Part shown: positions 38,447 through 50,078 of the stretch, one piece after another | How positions within the stretch are numbered: position 1 is the first letter of the stretch | Layout: the number at the start of each line of letters is the position of its first letter | DNA from: Podarcis bocagei | Lineage: Eukaryota | Strand: one strand, 5' to 3' | DNA: 64,000 nucleotides | Assembly: GCA_964188305.1 (NCBI GenBank) | Contig: OZ076885.1 | Notes under the pieces: model-generated | The model's database searches: none | What the model was told of the DNA's origin: nothing | What the model saw: the letters and a program-made list of their open reading frames with translations, nothing else | Translations under genes and position numbers: made by a program

Positions 38447-38626
38447 AGCAAGCAGTGTTGGACTGTGGTTGTGTGGGTGTATGGTGAGTGAGGAGCTTGA
38501 GTTCATGATTCTAACAGGTCTTCGCAAATGCACCTACTTTCTGATCTTGTGTTTGCTCTTACAGTGTTCTGCGGTTCCCACATTACAGATGTGTTAAAGG
38601 GCCAGAGGGTCCAGTGATGCCCAAGA

Positions 38627-38848
38627 GCCAGTGTGGTGTAGTGGTTAGAGTGTCTTACTAGGATATGCGAGACCAGGGTTCAGATCCCTACTTGTCCATG
38701 AAGCTCACTGGGTGACCTTGGGCCAGTCACTGCTGCTCAGCCTTCACAGGGTTGTTGTGGGGATTAAATGAGGAAGGGAAGAACCTTGTACAGCAACTAG
38801 AGCTCCATGGAAAAAAGGTGGGATATAAATGCATGAAATAAGTAATAT
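38627..38848 (+). mobile_element. tRNA-derived SINE (MIR/Squam3-like)
   Basis: A box tggtgtagtgg, B box ggttcagatcc, body gggtgaccttgggccagtcact...cacagggttgttgtg, A-rich tail. Older related copies at about 1150-1330, 16400-16620 and 33860-34070. Confidence 0.75.
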
Positions 38849-39123
38849 ACAGAGTTTGTGATAGGGATGAGACTTGAACTTGGGACCCATGGAGCGAAGT
38901 ACAAATTTCTGTCCACTAGACCAAATGGATGAGCTTTTTATTACTTTGGGATGAGGAAATATAGAGTGGAACATTCCCTGAGTAATATTCTCTGTGGGAT
39001 GCTACATGCAGCCAGGAGTAGGAGCTGGAAGAGGCATAAACTGCCCCAATATATTTACAAAACTAGTGACTGTTCTTAAGCGTGGTCAGATGTAAATAAG
39101 GTCCATGGATTTCAGGGATCTTT

Positions 39124-39203
39124 CATAGAATCTTAGAATTCTAGAGTTAGAAGGGACCACAAGGATCATCTGGTCTAACCCCCTCCAATGCAGGAATCTT
39201 TGC
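39124..39203 (-). mobile_element. CR1-type 3' tail fragment
   Basis: catagaatc...gaagggaccac...tccaatgcaggaatc; same tail as 44467. Confidence 0.7.
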
Positions 39204-40348
39204 ATAGATACATATAAGATTGTAGTCATAGTGTGGATTGGTTTCCATGGGACAACTAGTAATCATCCCAGGTTTTTCACAGTTCCCATGGCAGGAGGGT
39301 AAGCCTACATGGATGAAGTACAGATTCCAACCTGTGTTAATGATTGTCTCAGTACAGAAGCAGAGGATGTTAGCTTTTCCCAATTAGTTAAACAAGGGTG
39401 TGATCCTGTGTACATGGCGTCTGATGCCTGGTAATCAGATTTCAACACTGTCTGGATGTGTTGGGGTGACATATTGCAGATTTGCTACTGCATTTCCTTT
39501 TTATAAGACAGGAGGGTGGAGCTTATTTCGTGTGTGGTCTCGGGTAAAGTATGAAGTCAACCATTTGCCTTTTCTTGGCAGCTTAGCCTCAGGTCTCCTT
39601 AAGTCACAGTACACTGGTTTGATATATGTTGAATCTTGACTGTTGCAATAAATGAGACCTGACTATGTCTAAAGAAAAACGCCATCGGGCTGCTGTTAAA
39701 AATCTTGAGCAGGTCAAAAGGTATCTGCTTTTCTATTTGGTGCCTCCTGTTCTGTGAGAGCGACACACCTATGATACCTGGTAGACCAACACCATGGGGG
39801 ATTCTTCACCTGCATATCCTTGACAGTGCTTACAAATCAAGGAAGAGGTGGGGAAGGGTTGAAAGAATGTTAAGTTGTTTGGCACCACCGTAGGCGTTGG
39901 AGTCATATAAAAAAAGAGCAATCCTGTACTTCAGCTTTTCTGGCTGCTAAGACATAGGATTTGGCAGAACTCCCGCCGTGTTGACAAAACAGGAGATATA
40001 TTGACAGAGTATTGCAAATCTGCCCTGCCAGTGAGACTGTGCTGGTGGAAGTACTGAAACGGAGTTGTGGGCAGGATGGGGTTGGCACAGGGGAGGAGCA
40101 AGCTTGCACTGTTTCCTCAAGACCATGATCACACCCCTATTGATGGTGGAACTTTACATCCCACAGGCCTGGAGTAAGAAATCTCCCTCCTATTAACTAA
40201 TGGAAGGGGTTTTTGGTTTCTGTTTTTTAAGCTGCCCGGATACTCATGGCCACCCCATCATGTTGTCACAGTGGAGCATAAGATATGGATATATGCCACA
40301 GCCAGTACAGGCACCTCATCTTGGGACTTCAGACACCAACTTCCAGCA

Positions 40349-40507
40349 CATGGGTGTAGCCGGGTGGGGTGGGGTGCAGCTGTCTCTCTAAATCAAGTAA
40401 ATAAATACAAATACTGAACTAACTGACCAATTACATCAGAGATAATTTGGTACTCCCCACCTAACATAATGCCCACCCCCCTAAAATAAAGCCTGGCTAC
40501 GCCTGTG
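40349..40507. mobile_element. hAT-type MITE (related ends to 9798)
   Basis: CATGGGTGTAGCC...GGCTACGCCTGTG; flanks TTCCAGCA/ACCCAGCA (6 of 8 TSD positions match). Confidence 0.7.
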
Positions 40508-40957
40508 ACCCAGCAGTGACTTCTGCACCTGGGTAGGCCGGGAGACAGCAGTCCACACAGGTAAACACAGGGAAAGGGGATCAGGTTCTTTAACAGATAA
40601 CTACTGCAACTGCCTCTCATATATCTGAGCTCTGGTGTTCCTCCCCAACAGTGAGGGGTGATGTTTCCCCCATACAGGGAAGATGCCCACCCGCATATGC
40701 GGATAAGCCCACTGTTGGCAAAGGCTAGACACTCTACGCAACCAATGCCACTGCTGTTTCCAGGGATGCTGAGAGCATGACAGCTTTTCTTATGCTGTTC
40801 CACAATTTTCTGCGTTTGTGTGTTTCCCTGGCCTCGGCAAGCCTAGGACGGGGGATATTCTGCTCTCAAAGTAGCAGCAGCATATCTCCCGCTCCCGTGT
40901 ACCTGGTGCATACAACTGCTCTGTAAGTGTCTTCACAGGAGGAAAGCATGGATTCAT

Positions 40958-41321
40958 TAAAGGTAAAGGTACCCCTGCCCGTACGGGCCAGTCTTGTCAG
41001 ACTCTAGGGTTGTGCTCTCATCTCACTCTAGAGGCCGGGAGCCGGCGCCGTCCGCAGACACTTCCGGTCACGTGGCCAGTGTGACATCGCTGCTCTGGCG
41101 AGCCTGCACCAGAGCAACACACGGAAATGCCGTTTACCTTCCCGCTATAAAGCGGTACCTATTTATCTACCTGCACTTTAAGGGTGCTTTCGAACTGCTA
41201 GGTGGGCAGGAGCTGGGACCGAAAGACGGGAGCTCACCCCGCCGCGGGGATTCGAACCACCGACCATACGATTGGCAAGTCCTAGGCACTGTGGTTTTAC
41301 CCACAGCGCCACCCGCGTCCC
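40958..41321 (-). mobile_element. Full-length Sauria SINE (lacertid-type)
   Basis: Minus strand starts GGGACGCGGGTGGCGCTGTGG, has B box GGTTCGAATCC, and ends in an (ACCTTT)n tail; CpGs retained, so young. Confidence 0.9.
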
Positions 41322-41630
41322 GGAAATAAAGGATTGGCAGCTGGTTGGAAGTGGGGTACTCTCCATCATGCAGAGAACACACCTGTGCAGTGAATGGGAA
41401 ACTAAGGTGGTGTACACATTATTGGCATAAAACTCAGCTAGGCCATTCCTTTTCCTCAGTTCATAATGAAGCTGGCATGATGGGAAGATGCATCTAAAGG
41501 CAACATTTTCATAAGAAACAAAAGGATAGATAAAGGATAGATGGTGGATTGTAACTAATGCCATTTGTGTACTGCTTCCCAAATCAGCAGAATAATCCAG
41601 AATAAACAGAAGTGTGGTCTACAGCTCAAA

Positions 41631-41930
41631 GGCTTATCCACGCTTGCCTTTCCTCTGCTCTTTCCAGGCACTTTAAAGCTCCATGTTCAAACTCCTCTTC
41701 CCTCCCCGCCCCCCAAGGTTTTCCCACAGAAACCCACTCTTTAGAGCTCAGTTGAAGCAAACGTCAATCCACGGAAAACCTGAATTGACAATTGCTCCAG
41801 TCCAGCTTTCAAGAGTGGGTTTTCATGCGGGAAGCTTGGGAATGGGGGAACACACACTTGGATATTATGACGTGTTAAAGCACAGACCTGTGCCTGGAAA
41901 GAGCAGGGCAAAAGGTAAGTGTGGATAAAC
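41631..41930. mobile_element. PIF/Harbinger-like MITE (copy 2)
   Basis: TIRs GGCTTATCCAC.CTT.CCTTT / AAAGGTAAGTGTGGATAA with long subterminal inverted repeats. Confidence 0.7.
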
Positions 41931-42319
41931 ATGAGTTGTGACTTGCAAAGGTTTCCATAGCTAAACCTGAGAATGTTATGGTTACTGACAAGGCTGAGAA
42001 TTATTTTAGATGGTGACTCTGCCAGGTTTGAGGGGCTCCTGAGCAAGATGCCCTTAGGGGGCAGGATGTCCCACTGATGATGCTTTGTTAGCCCCTCCCA
42101 CCATTATCACAACCCCCCACCCCTACTCCGCCGCCATCCCTGTCTGTCTTGTCTGACTCTTCTTTCCCTTCTGCCTTGGTCACTCATTCTACAAGTGTTG
42201 GTGGCAGAAAGGCTGATACTAACTAGCCCATTTACTAAAGCAGGCATGGGTAATCACTGGCCTCTAGGCCAAATGGGACCACCAGAGGTCCTAATTTGGC
42301 CTGCAAGGGGCGTTTTTAT

Positions 42320-42402
42320 CCATACAGTCACTTAGCAGACCCAGACCTGCTTAGCTTCAGCAAGGTGGTGGGTTCATGTATCTTCTGACCATACCCTGGG
42401 AC
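42320..42402 (-). mobile_element. 5S rRNA-derived repeat (SINE3-like fragment; related copy about 55665-55745)
   Basis: ccat...cagacctgcttagcttc resembles the reverse complement of the 5S internal control region (gaagctaagcagg). Confidence 0.45.
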
Positions 42403-44466
42403 AAAGCAAGTGGAGGGCTCTGCTCTCTCTCCTTCTACTTGCCATCGCTTGGATGCTCAGAGAAGGCAGGTGAGCAGGCTGCCCCAATGAGAGGAGGAGG
42501 ACTAGGAGGTTCTAGAGAGTGGACAAGTATATGGGCTTCAGCAGATGTCCATTGAAACCTACTACTCCTGACACCAGCCCTGAGTTGAGTTCAGATGGGC
42601 CCAGGTGACTTTTGTATGCAGAGAGCTGCCAGGTAAGCACTAAGGTGTTATGGTGATGGGAGAAACTTGAGCTGCCAATTGTCTGACTGCCAATAGAGTT
42701 TTCTGAAGGCGTGGGGAACCTTTTGAGGTCAGGTATTGGTACAGCTGCCAGATTCAGCAGAACAGGTGTGGGGAACCTTTGACCCTCAGACTACATCTCC
42801 CATCATCCTTGGCCATTGACCTTGCTGGCTGGGGCTGCTGGGAGTTGTAGTTCAGCAACATCTGGAGGTCCACAGGTTCCCGATACCTGGAGTTTAAGGA
42901 AGAGTCACGTTGTGTAGAGAGAAGATATACAGCATGATGTACAAAGAGCCCCACAAGGTGGAAACCTCCCTCTTACACAACTATTAAATGCACAGCAGCC
43001 CAGTCCTCTGCAGAAGCTGGTAGCTTTGTTCTCAGCACCAAGAGAATGGTGGCAGGGTGTGGAAAAATGCTCCACAGGAATCTGGGATTGTCACTCATCC
43101 TTACGCAACACATGCTCACCATCTTGCTATGCTTTTGCTGCTACACGGTTAGAAAAGTGACACAGAATCTCCCAGGCAGCTGCCACCTGCATTATGCAGA
43201 TTGTGGGTGGCTGGGAATTTTGATCATATGTATGAGCTTGTGCTAGCCTTGTCTCGGCTGAACAGAAATGGTGTAGTCCTTCTCTAAAACAGATGATTTG
43301 TAGACAAATATGAGTGATGGCCATGATCTGAGCAAGAGGAAATTCTCCGGCTGGGAGAACAGGCCAGTTTCTATTGCCGATGTGAAACCCATGACCCAGC
43401 TGGTGTAGAGAACTCAGTACCTCACTCCTCCACCTTTGATCAAGCACTGTCATTAGTGAGTTATAAGCACCTTTTGCATCTCCCCTCAAATTGAGTCATT
43501 AGAGGCTCGAGTCGGGAGTCCCTGTTTTTTAAAACCGCCAAAGGGAGCACTTTGCCGTGTAATTAAAGCCTTCTTGTCTATTAACCTGCGTCTCTCTCGC
43601 TCCCTCTGTTCACCTGGACTGGTAACTCGCTAGGCTGTTCACAGATTGAGGTGGTTGTGGGAGGGCTGGGAATATTGAGACACAGGAGCATGGGCTGGTT
43701 CTCTCCCCCTTTGACAAATCGTAAACAAGGATCTGAATCAAACTGCAAAGCTGATTGCTGTGTTGACAAGAAAAAAGCAGAGAGTTATTTATAGGAAACA
43801 ATATCCTGGCACTGTGTATGTCACAGTAAATGTACAGTACAGTTCTTAACTTATAAAGTCCTGGACAACTTAGGACCAGGTGATCTGAAAAAATGCCTTT
43901 CCCCATACTGAGCTGCCCATTTACCGAGATCTTGGGAGGGTCCCCTGTTAGTTATGCTGCAGCCTACAGAAGCTCATCTCTCAGCAACTTGGAGGAGAGC
44001 CTTCTCCATGGTGGCCCCCAGTCTGTGAAATGAACTCCCCACCAAGATATGGCAGGCATCTGCTGTGGTGAGCTTCTGCCAGCTGTTAAAAACCTATCTG
44101 TGTACTTAAGTTTTCTCTCATCTCTATAAACAGTTGAACAGTTCATGGCTACTGTATTCAATATGTGTTATTTTTATAGGATTGTTTCTATTGCATACGA
44201 AATTGTTTTTTGAATTACTGATTTATTATATTTGTTTGTCACTTTTCTCACAGAGGGACCCAAAGCAACTTACATAAAAACCAGATAAGGACATCCAATG
44301 GGGTGGGGGATCTAAAAACACAACTAAATGAATTTGCATGGAATTATTTTATTGTACACCATCTTGATGTTATTTTAATGGAAGGCAATATAGAAATATT
44401 TTAAAGAAATAAATGCAGTCCAAAATGCAGAGATCATGGACAATTATGAGGGAACACCTTCCAGTT

Positions 44467-44604
44467 CATAGAATCACAGAATTGGAAGGGACCACGAGGG
44501 TCATCTAGTCCAGCCCCCTTCAATGCAGGAATCTTTTGCCCAGTATGGGGTGCAAAGCCACAGTGCTGAGATTAAAAGCCTCATGCTTTACTGACTGAGC
44601 TATC
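44467..44604 (-). mobile_element. Short SINE: tRNA-Lys-derived head plus CR1 3' tail
   Basis: Minus strand gatagctcagtcagtaaagcatgaggcttttaatctcag...ccccatactgggc aligns by eye to tRNA-Lys, and is directly followed by the CR1 3'UTR and GATTCTATG tail. Confidence 0.8.
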
Positions 44605-45900
44605 TGAAACATCTGTAGCTATTAAACATCCAAGTCACCAAATTAGAAGAACATAAATGAAAGTTCTGCCTGATCTAATAAGATTCCCTTCTGTGCAATA
44701 TGGAAATGCCCCTGAGACACTCACCTGGTGCCAAATTTGCTTTCAGTCTGCTCCCAGGCACAAACATTTTTATTTGTCTGGACTTTTAATAAGAAATAGT
44801 AGCTTGTTGTATAATATTTATAACTCTTTTGTTTAATATTTATGCTGCCTTTTTTTTACTCATCACATATTGTGTGAATATGACAAATTATGGGCAAATT
44901 AAGCCTGAAAATTCTGATGTAGACCTTAGCATTTGGACAATAACCTAATGGATAATTGCCAACAACATTCAACACAAGTGGTTTGGGAATCTGGTCTTTA
45001 GATAATTTCAGCTTTCTTGCATTCTTTTTAAAAAAGAGGTAAATACGTAGTTATCTAGCCTTCATGATAACAAAACTTCAAAACTGGGGGGCTGTGCAAG
45101 GCTTCCAGTGGTGATGGTGGACTTGTTCAATTTGCTTATGGAAGTTAAGAAGTAAAGACTTTAAATTATGTGTTTTAACTCTCTTTGTAGCCCTTTCTAT
45201 ATTGACCCAGGGTACTTGTCTGTAATTCAGCATAGTGCTAAGAGGGGTATGCTTCCGGAGAATGAGGTCCACTCACATAACGGCACTTTCCCACCATTTG
45301 CTAATTTAGGGCATTGGGGGTGGGGTGAGGGGGGGTCCCATTGCAGGAACAGGTCTCATTACACACATGCAACAACTTAGATGAATCGTGCCCTTTGTCT
45401 CAAAAAGGTAGAAACTTATATGGATTACTTTCTTCCGTTCATTTTGTAAGGATTCCTTTCTAAAAACTCAGGGTAAAAGAATATTCATAAGGGGCAAGGA
45501 AGAGTCTGTTTATAGAATGCAAATACAAAACAAGGTAGTTCAGTAGGGTATTTTCCATAAAAAATGCACTATACACTGGAAACTTCATAACCAACATGGA
45601 AGCAGTTTGGCTAGTGAAATACAAATTGAACATACTTATGTAGCTTCAACCTGGGATGTTCTAGCTCTAAGAACAATCACGATTTGGAAGCAGCTTTCAA
45701 GGGAGATTGCAAAGTTTGCCTTGCTAAAAGGTTTCCTTTTTTCCTCTGCAGTTTGCAGTATCAGCTCCAGAGATAGTTGCAGCAGTGGGTGTTGCCCATC
45801 CTGGATGTTGACATTCGCTTTCTAAGAAAAAATGTTAGCTTTTAAGGTCACTTTGGTGTACGTGGTGATGGCACCACTGACTTGTCTGTTTTCTTCCCAG

Positions 45901-46163
45901 CTCCTTATCCAATGAGATTCTGGGCCTGAAGTTGCCATTGGAACCTGTGCTTAATGCCAACACGGTGTGCCTGACCTTGCCTGGTCTGACACGGCGACAA
46001 CTGGAGGTGTGCGTGCGGAATCCGGACGTGACGGCTTCTGCCATTCAAGGCATCCAGATCGCCATCCACGAGTGCCAACACCAGTTCCGCGATCAGCGCT
46101 GGAATTGCTCGAGCCTGGAGACCAAGAACAAGATCCCCTATGAAAGCATCATCTTCAGCAGAG
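45901..46163 (+). CDS. WNT10A: Wnt-10a, coding exon 2
   Basis: Acceptor ttcttcccag, donor G|GTTAG. Encodes [87 protein letters not shown], diagnostic of Wnt10a; 263 nt. Confidence 0.97.
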
Positions 46164-47403
46164 GTTAGAGTTCTCTTCCTGCCATTGGCTCTGTGAAAGC
46201 TCTGAGCAGGCAAAAATGATCACATCCTTGTGGGCGCTTGGCTGGCTAAAAATCTGAGAGCAATGAAAGAAATGATGGAATGGGGATTTGTTGAATCTGG
46301 TACCATGTTCCTGGGTTTTAAGGCAAGCTCATGAATACCTGTGATACAGAGGTTTCCACATGTGCTTTATTGTGAAATGGAAATCTGATAGTTTGATCAC
46401 ATTGAAAAAGAATCTTAGATTTGGACAGAAGTGGGCTGACATCTGTTTGTTTGTTTGTTTGTTTGTTTGGCTACAATTTAGTGGCTGGATTTACAATTCA
46501 GGGGTGTGTTCTTGGGAACTGTCTGTTTACATTAAACTGAATTGGTCTTGTGGATGTTCTTCTGTTTCTGAACCTGCCTTGCTGGATTTCATCAAGGTTC
46601 AGCATTCTTTGCAAGAATCCCAGCTGCTAGAAGGCACTTGAATAAACCAAAATCCTGTTATCCTACAGCAAGCTTCAATGTGCTTGTGACAGTTTTGAGG
46701 AGCAGTGGCCCTGCCTAACTCTAGCTGATCGGTAGAGCTATATGGAGGGGGATGAGATGCATCATAGAAGCCTAGAGGTGTTCAGCACTATCACTCTTTC
46801 TTTAGCCTCAAGACATACCAAACCCATTCTTAGCTACAAAGCAATATGAAAGCTTTGTTCAGAATATTGCTTAGCAGAGGACAAAGGTAAGAAGACCTTA
46901 GGAATTTCAGATTGTTATCAAATGGAAAGCCCTAAGGAAATATTTTGCTACTAACTGAATGAAACAATTTCCACACACAGGCTTTCACAAGTGGGTGGAA
47001 CTTACTGCTGCATAATATTATGCATAGTATGAGAATTCAAGATTAAAAGGAGTGCAGAAGGACTATTTGCTTTGCATGGACACTGTTGACACTAATCACC
47101 CAAAGGAGGGAGACTTTGTTTCAAAATGGTGCTTGGCATCCAAACATTGGCATAAACCCCACCTCAGGAAGCCTCATCCCGAGTTTGGCAACGTTGTCTT
47201 GAGATGCGGCCAAAACTATGTCACATGGAAGTCATGTTTAGGTCCACCATTTGATTCAAAATGGCAACCAGCATCCAAACATCAACAGTGAGCTCTAACT
47301 CCACCTCTGAAACACTTGTTCCAACTTGTTTGGTGGCAATATCTCAAGAGGTGTCCAATGCATAGAAAACAAACAGACAAACCACTTTCCAAAATATATA
47401 GTA

Positions 47404-47514
47404 CAGGGATGTCCAACCAGTAGATCGCTAGCTACCAGTAGATCCCCAGAGGATCCTGGCAGATCGCAGGATACTGGGATTAGATCACAGTCTCTTGGGA
47501 GTTGGACATGCCTG
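47404..47514. mobile_element. 111-bp hAT MITE
   Basis: TIRs CAGGGATGTCCAAC / GTTGGACATGCCTG, perfect 8-bp TSD ATATAGTA, internal AGATC repeats. Confidence 0.9.
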
Positions 47515-48798
47515 ATATAGTAGATTGGTTCTGAACTGTCATGGCTTCCCCCAAGGAATCCTGGCAATGTTACATTTCTGCAGGTTCTGATACTTGTCTC
47601 TTAGGGATCCCTATCCCTGAATACTCCGCCCCAATTCCCCGCTTTCTCTCAAGAGAAGGAACGACTGTCAGCTGAAGACTGTAACCCTATACACATTTAT
47701 CTGGGCTTAAGGCCTGTTGGGCTTACTTCATAGTAAATTTGCTATAGGCTTGTGCTGTAAATTCTCTAATCCATTGTGACTGTGCAGGCCCTGCCCCAGT
47801 CTGTTGTAAAAGCTAGGCAGCATCCTCTATTCTGCTTTACCCTCCATTGTCCAGTACCATTTTCCTCCAGAAAGCTTATGAAGCCATTCCTCCTAATGAT
47901 CAGGACCATACAAAGCTACTAAGTTTTTGCCCTTTCCTGTTGCTTTTGCCTGAATCGTGGAACAAGAATTTGACTCCTCAATCGAAATAGAGCCTGTTTG
48001 AGGGGAATTCCATAACGTTCCCTGGACCTTGACAAGGATGTGCGTGTGCAGAGTGATGGCAAGGGGCAGATACACGAGTCCCTTGTCACCTGCATTAATG
48101 CTGCTTGTAAGGGTGAGGGTGAATTGTGTCTCGCTGCGTCTCACCTGGGAATTTCTGTTGCTTACGAGGATGGTTCTTGGTAACCTAAAGTGACAGATCC
48201 CTTGAATCTTTCATGCCTCTTCCCACATCCGCTGCCATCAGCCCAGCCATGCGTGCTCCTCACTTTAAATAATTTGTAGATCACTCCATTCCTCCCCATA
48301 CCAGTCCCTGATCTTTTACGCCTCATCATCTCTTCCAACCAAGTGAGAGAGAAAAAGAGAGGGAGGGAGAGAGAAAGCCCCATCAGTCTCTCAAGGCTGA
48401 AGAACTGGCTGCAGAAAGCTTGTCTCCTTCCAACCCTGGCTCAGCTAGGTGGATTGAACTGAATGGATGCTCAAGTTCTGGTAACAAGACCCTCTAAAGA
48501 CTTGGTAGAAGGTAGATGTGAAGCAGTTTTGTAGTGTGGGAACAAAGATGCTTGATATAAATGCTTGTGTCTTGCCAGATCCAATAAAATAAGGGTGCAT
48601 CTTGATTATTATTTCTCCCTGGTAAACTGTTGCAGAAAAATCACAATAGAAGCTGATACACTGCATACTGCACATCATGGAAATATCGATTTTTTTTGCC
48701 ATTCTTAATGCATTGCTTCCTGGATCCCCCAACTTCTATTTATGTCAAGCATTTCCTTAATTCAACCTGTCATTATGCATACTACTTCTGGACAGAAG

Positions 48799-48868
48799 TC
48801 TCTCTCTCTCTTTCTCCTTCCTTCCTTCCTTCCTTCCTTCCTTCCTTCCTTCCTTCCTCCCTTCCTTC
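48799..48868. repeat. (CT)n/(TTCC)n polypyrimidine microsatellite
   Basis: Direct read. Confidence 0.92.
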
Positions 48869-48910
48869 GATAACCCCCAAAGGGGGTGGGGGTGCTCAAT
48901 GAAGCATCTG

Positions 48911-49110
48911 CAGGGCTGGTCCACCCATGAGGCAAGGTGAAGCGACTGCCTCAGGTGGCAGAATCCACTGAGGCAGCAGATCCCAATGTTAGTCTTTCTT
49001 TCCCCCTTTGTTCCTGATGTAGATCCTCCCCTACCTCTTTTTCCCTGTTGGGAAGGGAAGCACCATTTTGGGGTCTGCCTCAGGTGCCAAAATGTATTGG
49101 GCCAACCCTG
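48911..49110. mobile_element. hAT-type MITE
   Basis: CAGGGCTGGTCC...GGGCCAACCCTG; flanks AGCATCTG/AGCCTCTA (6 of 8 match). Confidence 0.65.
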
Positions 49111-49804
49111 AGCCTCTAAGTATGATCTGTGGAGGAGAAATGGTGGACAGAGCAAGGGTTAAGCATTCCCTCTTCCTACCATTTCTCCATTCTAAATTCC
49201 ACCTCCCTCAGCCTGCCTTCTTTTTCTTTCTTTCTTCTTTTAAATGGTACACATTTGCATGTAGCATATAGCTAACCTTTTACATTCCAATGTTTGGGGG
49301 GCAAGGAGTAAAGTATAGTTGCATTCTGACCTCAGATGCTATTGTCAGCAAGAGGACCGTGTGGTCCCAATGAAATGTGGCCAGATTCTTCCAGCCTGGA
49401 GAGTCACAGCTTGGAAAGTTTTGGCAGCTCTAGGGTCTGTAATGTTAAGAAAGGTCCCCTCCAGACAGCAGCAGTGCACTCATATTGGGGAAGCATTTCA
49501 GAACAACTAATAAAGCCGAATGGTGTGTGAACAAACCAGTATGAATCTACCAACGAAGTTAAGGTTGAAGAATCATTGCTTTGACACTGGTGATCTTTGC
49601 TTCTTTCAGTACACTGACATTAGTTTACCTGTCTTCCCAAGTGATGTGTACAATTTTTGGGAGATACTGTTGATGGAATACTTCGAGGAGTTGGAGATGG
49701 TATTTATAAGTGGTCCATGTTTTGCAAGTGTACATTAAAGTTGGTGTTACGATGGCTTTCTAAACAAGCATTTTGGTTTCCCTGTGAATGTCCTGATCCT
49801 CAAA

Positions 49805-50078
49805 CACTCTGCACTTCAATTGGAGAACAACCTTTACCAAAGGTGTCATGGACTTTGAAGAAACACGAACGCAGGGCGAAAAGGAGAAACGAGCTAAGAG
49901 GAAGGCACTTTTGGCAAACCCACACCGTGATCAACTCTCACATGAAACCTATGTCCCCACGGTGGAAGGACGTGTGGATCCAGAATTGGCCTCCACAGTC
50001 ACGGACTCACTGTTAAGACTGTTTTCATGAAAGACAATCTTACTCAGCTAAGAGTGATCTCCAAAGAGAAAGAAAGAG
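49805..50078 (+). mobile_element. RTE-clade LINE 3' fragment
   Basis: Reads WRTTFTKGVMDFEETR..EKRAKRK, then after a frameshift CPHGGRTCGSRIGLHSH (RTE C-terminal zinc-finger remnant); GAA-rich tail. Confidence 0.75.

Noticed and set aside
38505-38597. Signal-peptide-like MILTGLRKCTYFLILCLLLQCSA
   Set aside because: No credible phase-2 donor before the stop; the hydrophobicity reflects T-rich intronic sequence.
43046-43147. Hydrophobic ORF MVAGCGKMLHRNLGLSLILTQHMLTILLCFCCYT as an alternative WNT10A exon 1
   Set aside because: Its donor (ACG|GTTAGA) is phase 0, incompatible with the phase-2 exon 2.
44538-44604. Functional tRNA-Lys gene
   Set aside because: B box and stems are degenerate and it is fused to a CR1 tail, so it is a SINE head.
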